Below are positions 19,969 through 29,630 of a DNA stretch of 64,000 bases, in pieces (position 1 is the first letter of the stretch; each line of letters starts with the position of its first letter). The stretch comes from Fidelibacterota bacterium (lineage in GTDB: Bacteria > Fidelibacterota > Marinisomatia > Marinisomatales > JABMOV01). Location of the stretch: positions 1 through 64,000 of the forward strand of contig JBHHUC010000005.1 of the NCBI GenBank assembly GCA_046861395.1, in the 5' to 3' direction. The notes beneath the pieces are model-generated. The model saw nothing but the letters and a program-made list of their open reading frames with translations. It did no database searches and was not told where the DNA came from. A program made the position numbers and the translations under genes.

Positions 19969-21318
19969 TTAAATCAGGTTTAAAATGGTTTGGATCATTT
20001 CATCAGCTGTAATAATCATTTTGGTTGCCGCCTGAAAACCTCGTTCATATTCAATCATCTTGGTCATTTCTTCGTCCAGGGATACGGCTGAAACCGAGTC
20101 CCGCTGGTTCATCAAACTTTGTACAACTTTCTCCTGGCTCTCGCGCATGAATGTCGCTTCCTGGGCCAGGTTTCCCACGCGGCTGACCGTCGTGCGGTAA
20201 TAATCGGAAATGGATTGATTGCCCACCATGCTGGATTCACGCAGGGATGCGATGGCTTGCGCCAGGTTACCGTTGCCCTGCTCACCGATGGTATCCGCAG
20301 TGGCAATAATCCTGGCATTATCCAGAATTGAATCCGTTACAGCAAAGTCTCCGGCGTGTTGCAGGGCAGGATCAAAGAAATTAAATCCCGTATCGTCATC
20401 ACTGCTGTATCCGGAGCGGTGGAGAGCATTCACATCTTCCGTAATGGTCTTCGCCAAGGTGTTGATCCGGTCAATCTGATCGGGAATTACATCGTTGATC
20501 GTCTGGAGCAGGCCACCGATTACTCCCGATTCGGGTACAAAACTCTTATTCGTATTTTTGACACCAATCTCCATGCTGTAATTACTGCCTTCTTCAGTTT
20601 GGTTGGCTTCCAGCTCCGATATGGTGGAAGCAGAAAGCAGGATAACACCATTAGAAGAAATGGTCAGGGTCTGATCGGATGATTCACGTACATTAATATT
20701 CAGTATCGCCGAAAGTTTTTCCACCTGAGCATCCCGTTCATCCAGTAATTCATTGGTCACATTGAGGCCCAGTTGCTGATTGATTTTGTAAATCTGATTC
20801 AGGATGAGATTGGTTTCCGCCACCTTTTCCTGGACGTCATAGCCGATCTGATGTTGGAATTCCGTCATGTCATGGTGCAGGGAATTAAATACATGAGCTA
20901 CCATCTGCCCCTTGTCCCGGACCCGATAGCGGGCCGCATCATTTTCCGGATCTGAGGATAAATCCTCCCAGGCATTCCAGAATTGCATCAATGTATTGGC
21001 CAGGGCCGAATCCCGCGGTTCTCCGAAAATGTCTTCAACCCGTGTCAACAGGCGCTGCGATGTGGAATACTGACCCAATTCATGCTTTTCCTGATATAGC
21101 TGTAATTCGGTAAAACGCTGTCGTACCCGTGAGATTGCCTTTGATCCCTGTACGCCATTCAATCCCGAAAAGCCGATTCCCAGTTTGGAAAGGTCAACCT
21201 TGCGCCGTTTAAATCCTTCCGTGTTTACATTGGAAATATTTTTCGCCGTTGTATTGATGGCAGTTTGGTGCGAAAGCAGGGATCGTTTGGAAATATCGAA
21301 TATTTTTGAAATTGACAT
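19969..21318 (-). CDS. flgK: Hook-associated protein 1 FlgK
   Basis: NISNVNTEGFKR, LLDERD, SVSAVSLDEEM; upstream of flgL. Confidence 0.95.
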   Translation of the reverse strand: MSISKIFDISKRSLLSHQTAINTTAKNISNVNTEGFKRRKVDLSKLGIGFSGLNGVQGSKAISRVRQRFTELQLYQEKHELGQYSTSQRLLTRVEDIFGEPRDSALANTLMQFWNAWEDLSSDPENDAARYRVRDKGQMVAHVFNSLHHDMTEFQHQIGYDVQEKVAETNLILNQIYKINQQLGLNVTNELLDERDAQVEKLSAILNINVRESSDQTLTISSNGVILLSASTISELEANQTEEGSNYSMEIGVKNTNKSFVPESGVIGGLLQTINDVIPDQIDRINTLAKTITEDVNALHRSGYSSDDDTGFNFFDPALQHAGDFAVTDSILDNARIIATADTIGEQGNGNLAQAIASLRESSMVGNQSISDYYRTTVSRVGNLAQEATFMRESQEKVVQSLMNQRDSVSAVSLDEEMTKMIEYERGFQAATKMIITADEMIQTILNLI

Positions 21319-21326
21319 CTAAACGC

Positions 21327-21833
21327 TCACAATTGAAAATCCAACACTGTGGTTGGGGTGGATTCTTCTCGGGAAAGCTGGCCCTTGTTATCATAGAGTT
21401 TCGCATCCTTCCGTTCCAGCGATAAAAAGGTTCGGATCAAGCTTTGTATGTATTCGATGGATTTCAACAATAATCGACGATTTTCCAGATTGGTCCATTG
21501 GATTTCCCTGACAACGCTGCGCAATTCATCCCGGAGCGCTTCCAGCGTGGACCGGTATTCATCCGGAGCCCGAGCAATAATGTCTTTTAATTTCATGTCT
21601 TTTCCATCCGGGGATTCGATTAACCTGGACAGCAAACGGTAGCGTTTTTCCGAGAAATGATTGGCGGTTCGCAGGGTATATTGTTCTTTTACCAGGATGC
21701 CGTCCAATTCAGAAATTTTTCCGGCCACAATCACTTTTGATTTTTGCCGCATGGTACGCAGGACGTTTTCGTAGAGATCCTTCTCTTCCGTAAGCAGATC
21801 AATGCACAATTGCCAGTTCACAGGTTCACTCAT
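21327..21833 (-). CDS. flgN: Flagellar export chaperone FlgN
   Basis: Helical protein with NLENRRLL..S..YI and C-terminal YDNKG; directly upstream of flgK; start at ATG 21833. Confidence 0.85.
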   Translation of the reverse strand: MSEPVNWQLCIDLLTEEKDLYENVLRTMRQKSKVIVAGKISELDGILVKEQYTLRTANHFSEKRYRLLSRLIESPDGKDMKLKDIIARAPDEYRSTLEALRDELRSVVREIQWTNLENRRLLLKSIEYIQSLIRTFLSLERKDAKLYDNKGQLSREESTPTTVLDFQL

Positions 21834-22191
21834 ATTCGCCTCCTTCACCGCTTATGGCAGATAGATCCGGCAGGACATTTTCCTGTAAATCATCCATTTT
21901 ACCCAGAGCGGATGTGCCCTCTTCCGACAATGATCGATATATCATTTCGGACAGACCAATGCCGCCGGAACCGGCAATGGCATCGCCCATGATGGAACTG
22001 AACATCATGGTGGAAAGGGATTGCCCTGAGCTTTCTTTGGGAATCGTTTTTTCCATCACCTTGATCAGATGAGACAGAAATACGGCTTCCAGTTCCTTGC
22101 TCTTTTCGCGCAGGGCAAGATCATGACCGGAATCCTTTGAGGCGGGACGTCCCTGGATAAGCTTAGGAAAGGAGTCGGGAGTTACTTCCAT
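21826..22191 (-). CDS. flgJ: FlgJ-like rod-binding protein (no muramidase domain)
   Basis: LREKSKELEAVFL..LIKVM and GGIGLSEMIYRSL; follows flgI. Start uncertain (22191 or 22200). Confidence 0.82.
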   Translation of the reverse strand: MEVTPDSFPKLIQGRPASKDSGHDLALREKSKELEAVFLSHLIKVMEKTIPKESSGQSLSTMMFSSIMGDAIAGSGGIGLSEMIYRSLSEEGTSALGKMDDLQENVLPDLSAISGEGGEYE

Positions 22192-22196
22192 GATGA

Positions 22197-23339
22197 TCAA
22201 ATGATAATCAGTTTGGCGTTCAGAGCGCCCGCCTCTTTAATGGATTGAAATATGGCGATTACATCCCGAGGTTTTAATCCCAGGGCATTCAGAGCGGCAG
22301 CCAGATCGCCGACCGTGCTGGTTTTGGGCAGCATGGCAATGGTTGAACTTTCCTCCGCCGTGGTTGATGTCTGTGGTACCACCACCGTCTGACCGGAGTT
22401 GCTAAACGGGGCCGCTGGCTGGGAAATGATCGGTCGCTGTGAGGTGTGAATCGTCAGGTTGCCGTGAGAAATCATGACTTCCTGAATATTGACATTGGCA
22501 CCGGCCACAATGGTGCCGGTCCTTTCATTCAGCACAACCCGCGCTTCCACGTCCGGCTCCACAAACAGCGTCTCAATACTGGCAATAAAAAAGATAGCAT
22601 CTTCCTGAGTCATGACCAGTTCCGGGTAATTCACTTCCACCAGAGCCGAACTGATCGGTCGGGCAATTTGGTTATTGACGACCAATCCATCCGCAGTCGT
22701 GTATCCGCCCCGAATGATATTGATTTCCTGGGCTATGCGGCTAGCGGTCACAAAATCCGGCTCATTCAGGACCAGTCGCAGGGGCTCGTTTAAATCCATG
22801 ATGGGAGAAGCCAATTCCTTGGTCAGTGTGCCGCCGTTGGGAACACGTCCAACCAGAGCATGATTTTTCCGCAGACGTTCCCCGCCAATGGTTTCCACAT
22901 TGAATCCGCCAATGGAAAGAGGCCCCTGGGATTGACCGTAATAATTCCCTTCCTTGTCCAGCAACGGCGTCATGAGAAGCACGCCGCCTTCCAGCGTTGT
23001 TGCATCTCCGATGGAGGAAACAGTAACGTCAAATTTGGATCCCACGCGGCCATAAGACGGGGTGGTCCCTGTCACCATTACGGCTGCGACATTCCGGATG
23101 CGTAATTCATTTTTAGGGACTGTAATTCCAAATCGTTCCAGCATATTACTAATTGTTTGAACAGTAAAGACCGCACCGTGACGTACATTGCTCCGGTCGC
23201 CTGTGCCGTTCAGTCCCACCACCAGGCCATAACCGATGAGGGCCTCCTGCGTTGTGTTTTCGATGCTGGCAATGTCCTTCAGACGTACCTGTCCTGATAA
23301 AACCAGGGATAGACAAAGAGTAATAACGGTTATTCTCAT
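22197..23339 (-). CDS. flgI: P-ring protein FlgI
   Basis: RLKDIA, LIGYGLVVGLNGTGD, NERTGTIV, AGALNAKL. Confidence 0.97.
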   Translation of the reverse strand: MRITVITLCLSLVLSGQVRLKDIASIENTTQEALIGYGLVVGLNGTGDRSNVRHGAVFTVQTISNMLERFGITVPKNELRIRNVAAVMVTGTTPSYGRVGSKFDVTVSSIGDATTLEGGVLLMTPLLDKEGNYYGQSQGPLSIGGFNVETIGGERLRKNHALVGRVPNGGTLTKELASPIMDLNEPLRLVLNEPDFVTASRIAQEINIIRGGYTTADGLVVNNQIARPISSALVEVNYPELVMTQEDAIFFIASIETLFVEPDVEARVVLNERTGTIVAGANVNIQEVMISHGNLTIHTSQRPIISQPAAPFSNSGQTVVVPQTSTTAEESSTIAMLPKTSTVGDLAAALNALGLKPRDVIAIFQSIKEAGALNAKLIII

Positions 23340-23340
23340 A

Positions 23341-23958
23341 TTAATTTGCCCTCATAATGGACATGACTACCAACCCGCCGATCATGGCCTTTGATAACCA
23401 GCGCTGGCCCCAGCCCGGTCGGCCGACTTTATTAGCCAGTCCGGTTTTTTTATACGAGATCGTGGCATCGGCAATGTTATAGGAATAAATCGTGTTGTTA
23501 TTCAATATGTCCCGGGACCGTACCGTTCCCTGCAGTTGCATCATATTTTCTTCACCGTTAACATTCACCAGGCGCTCTCCATAGATGGAAAACAATCCTT
23601 TGCCCATATCTTCCACGATAGTGGCCGTGATTTTCCCCGTTAATTGTTCTTTTTGTTTCGTGCCATCATTGCCATCGAAAGATGTGGCTGTGCTGCCCCG
23701 GGCACCGAATACCGGAAGAAAATTGGATAGATTTCCTGAAACCGAACTTTCGGCCGATGCATCGGTGCGGGAAGAATTATTCACCGAAGATTCGCGGGAC
23801 GCATTGGCCTGCTCCACAATAAGGACGGTTACCACATCACCGACTTCTCTCGCCTTCAGATCGGCATACAACGACGGAAACCCCTGAGCGGTCAACACAT
23901 CGGCAACCATAAGCAAGATCGCCACACAGAGACTGGTCGATTTAATAAACATTTTCAT
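23341..23958 (-). CDS. flgH: L-ring protein FlgH
   Basis: SLYADLKAREVGDVVTVLIVE, GTVRSRDI..NTIYS..IADA, PGW. Confidence 0.93.
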   Translation of the reverse strand: MKMFIKSTSLCVAILLMVADVLTAQGFPSLYADLKAREVGDVVTVLIVEQANASRESSVNNSSRTDASAESSVSGNLSNFLPVFGARGSTATSFDGNDGTKQKEQLTGKITATIVEDMGKGLFSIYGERLVNVNGEENMMQLQGTVRSRDILNNNTIYSYNIADATISYKKTGLANKVGRPGWGQRWLSKAMIGGLVVMSIMRAN

Positions 23959-24664
23959 GCTTGTTTCCTTTCATCCTGACCAGGACTTCCTTGTTCTCAT
24001 TTGCCAGACCGTGCACTATTTTGCCAGTGGCCAAGGAACGAACACGGACCTGATCGCCCTTTTGTCCGTTGCTCTGTGCAATCCCATCGGTTTCCACCAC
24101 CAGATTACCCACCACTATCTTCAGGGCCACCTGCTCTCCCCGTAAAATGGTATAGGGCTGGGACACCATATTGGTTTTCAGGATTTCTCCCGGCTGAATA
24201 ACATGACGCGCCTGGCGGCCTACCAATTCTTCCCGGGAACGAAAATATGAGGCCAGATTTCTTTCAATGTCCACCGTCTTAAAGGTCAGGTCTTCCAAAG
24301 TAAGTATTTTATTCCGTGAAACTTTCCTCGCCACTGTAACAACTGGAATGGTGACCGAAAGTTTGATTGTCACCGGATATCGTCTGCGGTATATTCCATT
24401 TTCATAGATTTCCAGCCACACCGTTTGAAACCCGATCTTGTTTTCCGAACGGATAACATAATCTGCTTCGGCCGGTGCCTGGGGACGTACCTCAGGGATG
24501 CTTTTAACCTGGATGCGAATATCCTTTGCCGCAATGGACTGAGCCCGGGAATAATCTTCCGTCACAGCTTCGACCACGGCCCCTTCCCACGTGACACTGG
24601 AACCCGGTGAAACTGCCGGCAATTGGGCCGCCAGAAGAAAACCAGCTATGATCCCATATTTCAT
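23942..24664 (-). CDS. flgA: P-ring formation chaperone FlgA
   Basis: Signal peptide, SAF-like region and GIAQSNGQKGDQVRVR; lies between flgG and flgH. Confidence 0.9.
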   Translation of the reverse strand: MKYGIIAGFLLAAQLPAVSPGSSVTWEGAVVEAVTEDYSRAQSIAAKDIRIQVKSIPEVRPQAPAEADYVIRSENKIGFQTVWLEIYENGIYRRRYPVTIKLSVTIPVVTVARKVSRNKILTLEDLTFKTVDIERNLASYFRSREELVGRQARHVIQPGEILKTNMVSQPYTILRGEQVALKIVVGNLVVETDGIAQSNGQKGDQVRVRSLATGKIVHGLANENKEVLVRMKGNKHENVY

Positions 24665-25450
24665 TTATCGCTTAATATTGTTGGTGAGTGCCAGTAATTC
24701 ATCGCTTGTTTTCACAGCTTTGGAATTGATTTCATATGCCCGCTGGGATACAATCAGATTGATCATTTCCTGGACGACATCCACATTTGATTTTTCCAGA
24801 TATCCCTGGAGAACCGTGCCATAACCGTCTTCCCCCGGTGTGCCGTAGGACGGCTGTCCCGACGACTCGGTGGCTTCATATAAATTGCCACCTATGGCCC
24901 GGAGTCCCGCCGGATTCATGAATGTAACCAATTCCAGCTGCCCCACTTCCTCCGGTTCGGACTGTCCCTGAAAAATGACGGAAATAATTCCATCCTGACT
25001 GATATTAATGCCCGATACACCCTCTGGAATGGAGACCTCGGGCTGAATTCGTAATCCCGAAGCGGTGACCAGGCTGCCGTTGGCATCAATCCGCAGGGCG
25101 CCATCTCGCGTATAACCATAGCTGCCATCAATGCGTTGTACCTGGAAAAAACCTTTCCCCTGGATGGAAATATCCAGCGGGTTTCCCGTTTCCTGAACCG
25201 ATCCCTGAGAGAATGTCTTAAATGTGGATACCGGCCGGTTACCGTGACCGATTTGAATCTCAGACGGTTTGCTATTGGTCTCGCGCGATGCCTGGCCGGA
25301 CTGAACCGTTTCATATAATAAATCCTGAAACTCTACCGATGATTTCTTGAAACCATTTGTATTCACATTGGCCAGATTATTGGCGATTGTATCGACATTC
25401 AACTGTTGAGCAGCCATTCCCAACGCTGCGGTTCTCAAAGCACGTAACAT
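24665..25450 (-). CDS. flgG: Distal rod protein FlgG
   Basis: ANNLANVNTNGFKK..FQDLLY, YTRDG, LEKSNVDVVQEM..QRAYEINSK. Confidence 0.97.
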   Translation of the reverse strand: MLRALRTAALGMAAQQLNVDTIANNLANVNTNGFKKSSVEFQDLLYETVQSGQASRETNSKPSEIQIGHGNRPVSTFKTFSQGSVQETGNPLDISIQGKGFFQVQRIDGSYGYTRDGALRIDANGSLVTASGLRIQPEVSIPEGVSGINISQDGIISVIFQGQSEPEEVGQLELVTFMNPAGLRAIGGNLYEATESSGQPSYGTPGEDGYGTVLQGYLEKSNVDVVQEMINLIVSQRAYEINSKAVKTSDELLALTNNIKR

Positions 25451-25465
25451 AAACTTATCCTTTCA

Positions 25466-26164
25466 CTAATACCGGGGAATATCATTGACGGCTCTCCCCA
25501 GCGCCATATCCAGAGAACGAATGGTGCGTTGCAGACTTTCATACTGGCGCTGTATCTCAATTAATTGTACCATTTCATCGATGGGATTGACATTGGATTC
25601 TTCCAGTTTACCCTGCAGCACAGCATGATTGGATGCCGGTTGTATTTCCGTTTCCGGACCAGCCATAAAATATCCGTCACCTGTTTTCTTCAGGGTTCCG
25701 GGATCCGTCACCGAAATAATTTTCAGAGTGTCAAGCTGGGTATCCCGGTAAAAAATATCTCCTTCGGATGAAATGGTAATATCACCAGGCTTGCTATCTT
25801 CGGATGGCAGATAAATCCGTCCCGCTTCACCCAGAACGTAATCACCCGAACCGGTTACAACTGCCCCCTGTGCATCCAGAGCGAAATGCCCGTTTCTGGA
25901 ATACCGTTCTCCCTCCGGCGTCTCAATCGCAAAAAATCCGGCACCGCTGATGGCTAGATCCAGGGAGTTTTTCGTGTCCAGAAATTTTCCTTGGGCATGG
26001 CTTGTTTTTACTGTGGACTTGACTGTATCCGACTGTTCCAGGTATTCCACAAACATGACATCTTTCTTATATCCCGTGGTCTGGATGTTGGCCAGGTTAT
26101 TGGCAACGACTTCATTCTTTGCTTGCGTAGCTAATAAGGTGTTTTTTATTTGTTCTAATTTCAT
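25466..26164 (-). CDS. flgF: Proximal rod protein FlgF
   Basis: ANNLANIQTTGYKK, YSRNGHF, LEESNVNPIDEM; start at ATG 26164 because the longer ORF begins inside the sigma54 promoter. Confidence 0.9.
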   Translation of the reverse strand: MKLEQIKNTLLATQAKNEVVANNLANIQTTGYKKDVMFVEYLEQSDTVKSTVKTSHAQGKFLDTKNSLDLAISGAGFFAIETPEGERYSRNGHFALDAQGAVVTGSGDYVLGEAGRIYLPSEDSKPGDITISSEGDIFYRDTQLDTLKIISVTDPGTLKKTGDGYFMAGPETEIQPASNHAVLQGKLEESNVNPIDEMVQLIEIQRQYESLQRTIRSLDMALGRAVNDIPRY

Positions 26165-26189
26165 TATTCTTCTTCGTGTACCCCTTTTA

Positions 26190-26206
26190 TGCAAATGAAA
26201 TGCCAA
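26190..26206 (-). promoter_or_regulatory. sigma54 (-24/-12) promoter of the flgF operon
   Basis: Minus strand TTGGCATTTCATTTGCA, with GG(-25/-24) and GC(-13/-12) at canonical spacing, 26 bp upstream of the flgF ATG. Confidence 0.85.
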
Positions 26207-26318
26207 CGCTGAATTATTTCAATAATATCAAATTAATGAAATCTGTAATATCATTATTTATATACCATTACGTTCGTTCTATGGATTATTTGTAAGGGGC
26301 GGGGGTTGCTGGTGTTAG

Positions 26319-26351
26319 GGAATTTTACTCCCGGACATAGAATATTTTTCC
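26319..26351. promoter_or_regulatory. Tandem GGAA-N5-TTCC-like palindromes, candidate enhancer for the flgF promoter
   Basis: GGAATTTTACTCC (26319) and AGAATATTTTTCC (26339), 20 bp apart. Confidence 0.6.
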
Positions 26352-26383
26352 TTATCCTTACTTTAAACGAAAAAAGATGGTCG

Positions 26384-27118
26384 TCAGGGGTGGAGGTGCG
26401 GAGACGAAGCGGTGGATTGCCGGGCAGGAACGTCCCGTTCCATTCGCTGAGACATTTTAAGCAATTCCGCTTTTATTGCTTCCATTCCAACGCTGATCCG
26501 TTCCAGGTTGCCGGTAGGCAATGACAGAGTCAGAAGATCAATTAATTCCAATATGATGTTTATCTGACGACGAAAGGACGGACTGACTGGCGGGTTCCAG
26601 GACGATTGTTCTTGGGCATCCTGTTGTTTCATAATATTCTTTTCACGGATTAAATGCATTAGAATCAGGGAAACCTGGCGGCCCAGATATTGATAATCTT
26701 CCCGGTAGCAGGCCTGATACGTATTCTTTTCCACATGGCCCAGGTTTAATACACCAATGGGGGTTTGATTGTAATGCAACGGAATGGATACCATGGAATT
26801 AAAGGTTGAACGTTCACTCCATTTTGTGCTTTTCAGCGATGGGAAGATAATGGGATAGGATTGGGTGGAAATCCACCCGGCAATTCCATGACCATTCTGA
26901 AATCGAAAACTACTGGCCAGGTCAACGGGTTCATCGCCATGCTGAAAAACCGTTACCAGCGTCTTTTCCGACCCCGCAAGAGCATACAGGGTCGCCGATG
27001 AAAAGGGAATCATTTTATTGACCAGATTAAACAGGGAATTGAAAATATCTTCCCGGGACACGCTGGGGGATAATAGGGTGGCAACATCGCACAGCACCAA
27101 GGGTTGAGTCATCTGCAT
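26384..27118 (-). CDS. GAF-domain protein with C-terminal helical region
   Basis: GHGIAGWI..SMVSIPL..IGVLNL GAF signature; start at ATG 27118 with GGAGG 5 nt upstream. Confidence 0.82.
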   Translation of the reverse strand: MQMTQPLVLCDVATLLSPSVSREDIFNSLFNLVNKMIPFSSATLYALAGSEKTLVTVFQHGDEPVDLASSFRFQNGHGIAGWISTQSYPIIFPSLKSTKWSERSTFNSMVSIPLHYNQTPIGVLNLGHVEKNTYQACYREDYQYLGRQVSLILMHLIREKNIMKQQDAQEQSSWNPPVSPSFRRQINIILELIDLLTLSLPTGNLERISVGMEAIKAELLKMSQRMERDVPARQSTASSPHLHP

Positions 27119-27119
27119 C

Positions 27120-28307
27120 TCATCCTCCATGTAACATTTCAATTAATGCTTTCAGTTGATCCCGTTCTCCGTTTTGCCCGGAGGGAAGCATGATTACAAA
27201 GGTTGTCCCATCCCCGGCCTGGGAAGACACCTTGATTTCTCCTCCCAGAGTATGGATAATATTTCTGGAAATGGCAAGCCCCAGACCGGAATTCTCCTCC
27301 GGTGGCTTGGTGGTAAAAAAAGGATCAAATATCTTTTCCAGAATGGTCTGGGGAATACCACCAGCGTTATCGCGAATGGTCAGTTCCACCCATTTATTGT
27401 CTATAGCTTTGGTCGATACAGATACATATTTATCTTTTTGCTTCCGGGACCGGTTGCTGAAAGCATCGATGGAATTATTCACCAGATTGATGAGAACTTG
27501 ATCAATCAACAGCTGGTTGGCAATACAAAACGGTATTGATAAATCTTTTTCAATGCGTAATTCAATATTGTGACTGTCCAGTTCATATTGAATCAAAGCA
27601 TGTGCATTATCAATGGAATCATTGAGATTCACCAGCCCCAGAGCATCATCATCGGTCTGTTGGGCAAAGGTCCGCATGTGATCCATGGTGTTGGCAATAC
27701 GTTGAATCAGTAATAGATATTCAGCCAGGTCTTCTTGGATTTTTTCCGGTGTAGCCGCGGCCAATTGTGATTGTAGAAGTTCAATTTTTAACCGCAGGGT
27801 CGTTAACGGCTGACTGATCTCATGGATTATGCCCACCGACATTTCTCCCAAGGCCCGCATGCGATCCTTGGAAATGGAAACAGCCTGCTGTTCCCGCAAT
27901 TTTTCTTCCAATTGCTTTTGCCGGGATATATTTTTGGCCGTAACAATAATATAGGCCGCCTCGCCTTCCCGATCCTTCACAATGCTGAAATTCAAAATTA
28001 CGGGAATCAATTGGTCTTTACCCTGGAAACGACTCTCTAGATTTTCCAGCATCCCTGATTTCAATTTTTCCAGGAGATCGGACAGGGTATCGGTCTTCCG
28101 CCCGTCATAATAAATTAAAGAATCAAATAATTCTCCCGCCAATTCTTCCAGACTTCGTTGCAACAGCTTCTGCGCCGCTCGGTTGGTGTATTGAATTCTG
28201 CCCGTTTTACTCAGAAAAAATACGGCATCTTCAATGCTTTCCAGAATGGCGATGGTTGTGGTGTAATCTTTTATTTTCCCTGGTTCCTCTGTGTGTGCTT
28301 CCGTCAT
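27120..28307 (-). CDS. Cytoplasmic PAS sensor histidine kinase (NtrB/FleS/FlgS-like)
   Basis: PAS region, H-box IIHEISQPL, N-box QVLINLVNNS, DNAGG, FDPFFTTK, GLGL; no TM segment. Confidence 0.93.
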   Translation of the reverse strand: MTEAHTEEPGKIKDYTTTIAILESIEDAVFFLSKTGRIQYTNRAAQKLLQRSLEELAGELFDSLIYYDGRKTDTLSDLLEKLKSGMLENLESRFQGKDQLIPVILNFSIVKDREGEAAYIIVTAKNISRQKQLEEKLREQQAVSISKDRMRALGEMSVGIIHEISQPLTTLRLKIELLQSQLAAATPEKIQEDLAEYLLLIQRIANTMDHMRTFAQQTDDDALGLVNLNDSIDNAHALIQYELDSHNIELRIEKDLSIPFCIANQLLIDQVLINLVNNSIDAFSNRSRKQKDKYVSVSTKAIDNKWVELTIRDNAGGIPQTILEKIFDPFFTTKPPEENSGLGLAISRNIIHTLGGEIKVSSQAGDGTTFVIMLPSGQNGERDQLKALIEMLHGG

Positions 28308-28323
28308 ATTCTAACCTGCCTTA

Positions 28324-28629
28324 TTACAGCCTCATATCCACAACGTGGCAGGCTGTTAATCGTTTATCCCTTTTGCTAAGGACCTGAAACTCAATCCGCG
28401 GGATTACCCTCGTTATGACCAAATCCAGTTCTTCACATCGCATAAAGGTCCCCCTGGCTTCGGTTAATATATTATACCCATGTACCCGTAATAATATTCG
28501 GTTGGATGAAAATATGTCCACAACACGACCACGGAGAACCGTACCTCTTTTCAGTCGTTTTTTCAGCCGATCGAGCGTTGGCTGGATCATGTAATTACGA
28601 TTGGAAAGATGTTCATTCATGGTCGTCAT
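28324..28629 (-). CDS. Hypothetical small beta-rich protein
   Basis: ATGA overlap with upstream gene; GTVLRGRVV..LDLVI...PRIEFQVL resembles the N-terminal beta domain of some FliK-like proteins. Confidence 0.65.
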   Translation of the reverse strand: MTTMNEHLSNRNYMIQPTLDRLKKRLKRGTVLRGRVVDIFSSNRILLRVHGYNILTEARGTFMRCEELDLVITRVIPRIEFQVLSKRDKRLTACHVVDMRL

Positions 28630-29420
28630 TTTCGCTGTGTAACATGGAGAAATAAATTGGCTTCATCATAGGTCAATCCCCGCTCTTCCATCACTTTCCT
28701 TACCCGGGTCTCATGATCCTCTTTTTCCATCGGTTCCGACCTCTCTGGAGAAGGCTTGGCCTTCGTTTCCGGCTCCGGTTCCTCTTTCTTTTCTTTTTTC
28801 CCTGGCCTTTGGGCCCGAATCCAGGCCATTTGACCAATTACTGTCAGACTCAATACAATGATGACAGCCAGCATAATGGAATAATGAATGGGTGAAGCCA
28901 TGTTGGCTTTCCCCATGCGGACAGAGCCGTCATCCTTCCAGGTATCCGTTGTGCCCGTCACATTGTCCTGTTCAAAGGGAATGGTCTTTTCCTGGAAATA
29001 CGACTCAATGGCTGTGTAGTGATAGACATCGAAAATTAATGTATTCTCATTCAACACCATGTAGCTCACCAGACGGTCATACGGTTTGGTAAAACCCTGG
29101 ATTTCCATGGAATGGGAATCGGGAAAGGTGGTGACCAGTTTTAAAGGAACGGCCCCGGCCGCCCGGATATATTTCCGGCTGTTATAATCCTTCTGGTCTA
29201 TGGAGTTTACGAGAATCGTGAAACGGCCGGAATCGGGATCGGACTGTACCAGGGGAATGGTCTGTGTATGGCGTGGCAGGGTTACCATGATTCTGCGAAC
29301 CTTATAGAATTCGTCGGTGGCAATGACAATGCGATCGCTTTGACCATCCGCCGTGAGCAGGGATAACCATCCTGTCAGAACCAGACCGTAACGATATATA
29401 CGTAGCGTTTTCTTTACCAT
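28626..29420 (-). CDS. Hypothetical exported-domain protein with C-terminal TM and charged tail
   Basis: Signal-like N-terminus, beta-rich domain, TM (IMLAVIIVLSLTVIG), E/K/P-rich tail; tightly packed in the operon. Confidence 0.72.
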   Translation of the reverse strand: MVKKTLRIYRYGLVLTGWLSLLTADGQSDRIVIATDEFYKVRRIMVTLPRHTQTIPLVQSDPDSGRFTILVNSIDQKDYNSRKYIRAAGAVPLKLVTTFPDSHSMEIQGFTKPYDRLVSYMVLNENTLIFDVYHYTAIESYFQEKTIPFEQDNVTGTTDTWKDDGSVRMGKANMASPIHYSIMLAVIIVLSLTVIGQMAWIRAQRPGKKEKKEEPEPETKAKPSPERSEPMEKEDHETRVRKVMEERGLTYDEANLFLHVTQRK

Positions 29421-29423
29421 TGC

Positions 29424-29630
29424 TTATTGCAAAAGGATGTCGATTGAATTGCCTCGCGGCTCAACCGTATTCTTGTTTTCTTCTTTTTCTGTTTCTTGTT
29501 CGTTTGTTTCCTGTTCCGAAGGCTCATCTTCCTGATGTTTTTCCCTGGTGTTGTTCTCCACTTCCTTAATGCGTCTGATGGTAGGATAGAACGCGGAAGA
29601 CAGGGGAGAAATCCGAGAAACATCGCCCAT
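29424..29630 (-). CDS. Small acidic hypothetical protein
   Basis: TAATG overlap with the fliA stop; E-rich; ends RGNSIDILLQ. Confidence 0.62.
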   Translation of the reverse strand: MGDVSRISPLSSAFYPTIRRIKEVENNTREKHQEDEPSEQETNEQETEKEENKNTVEPRGNSIDILLQ

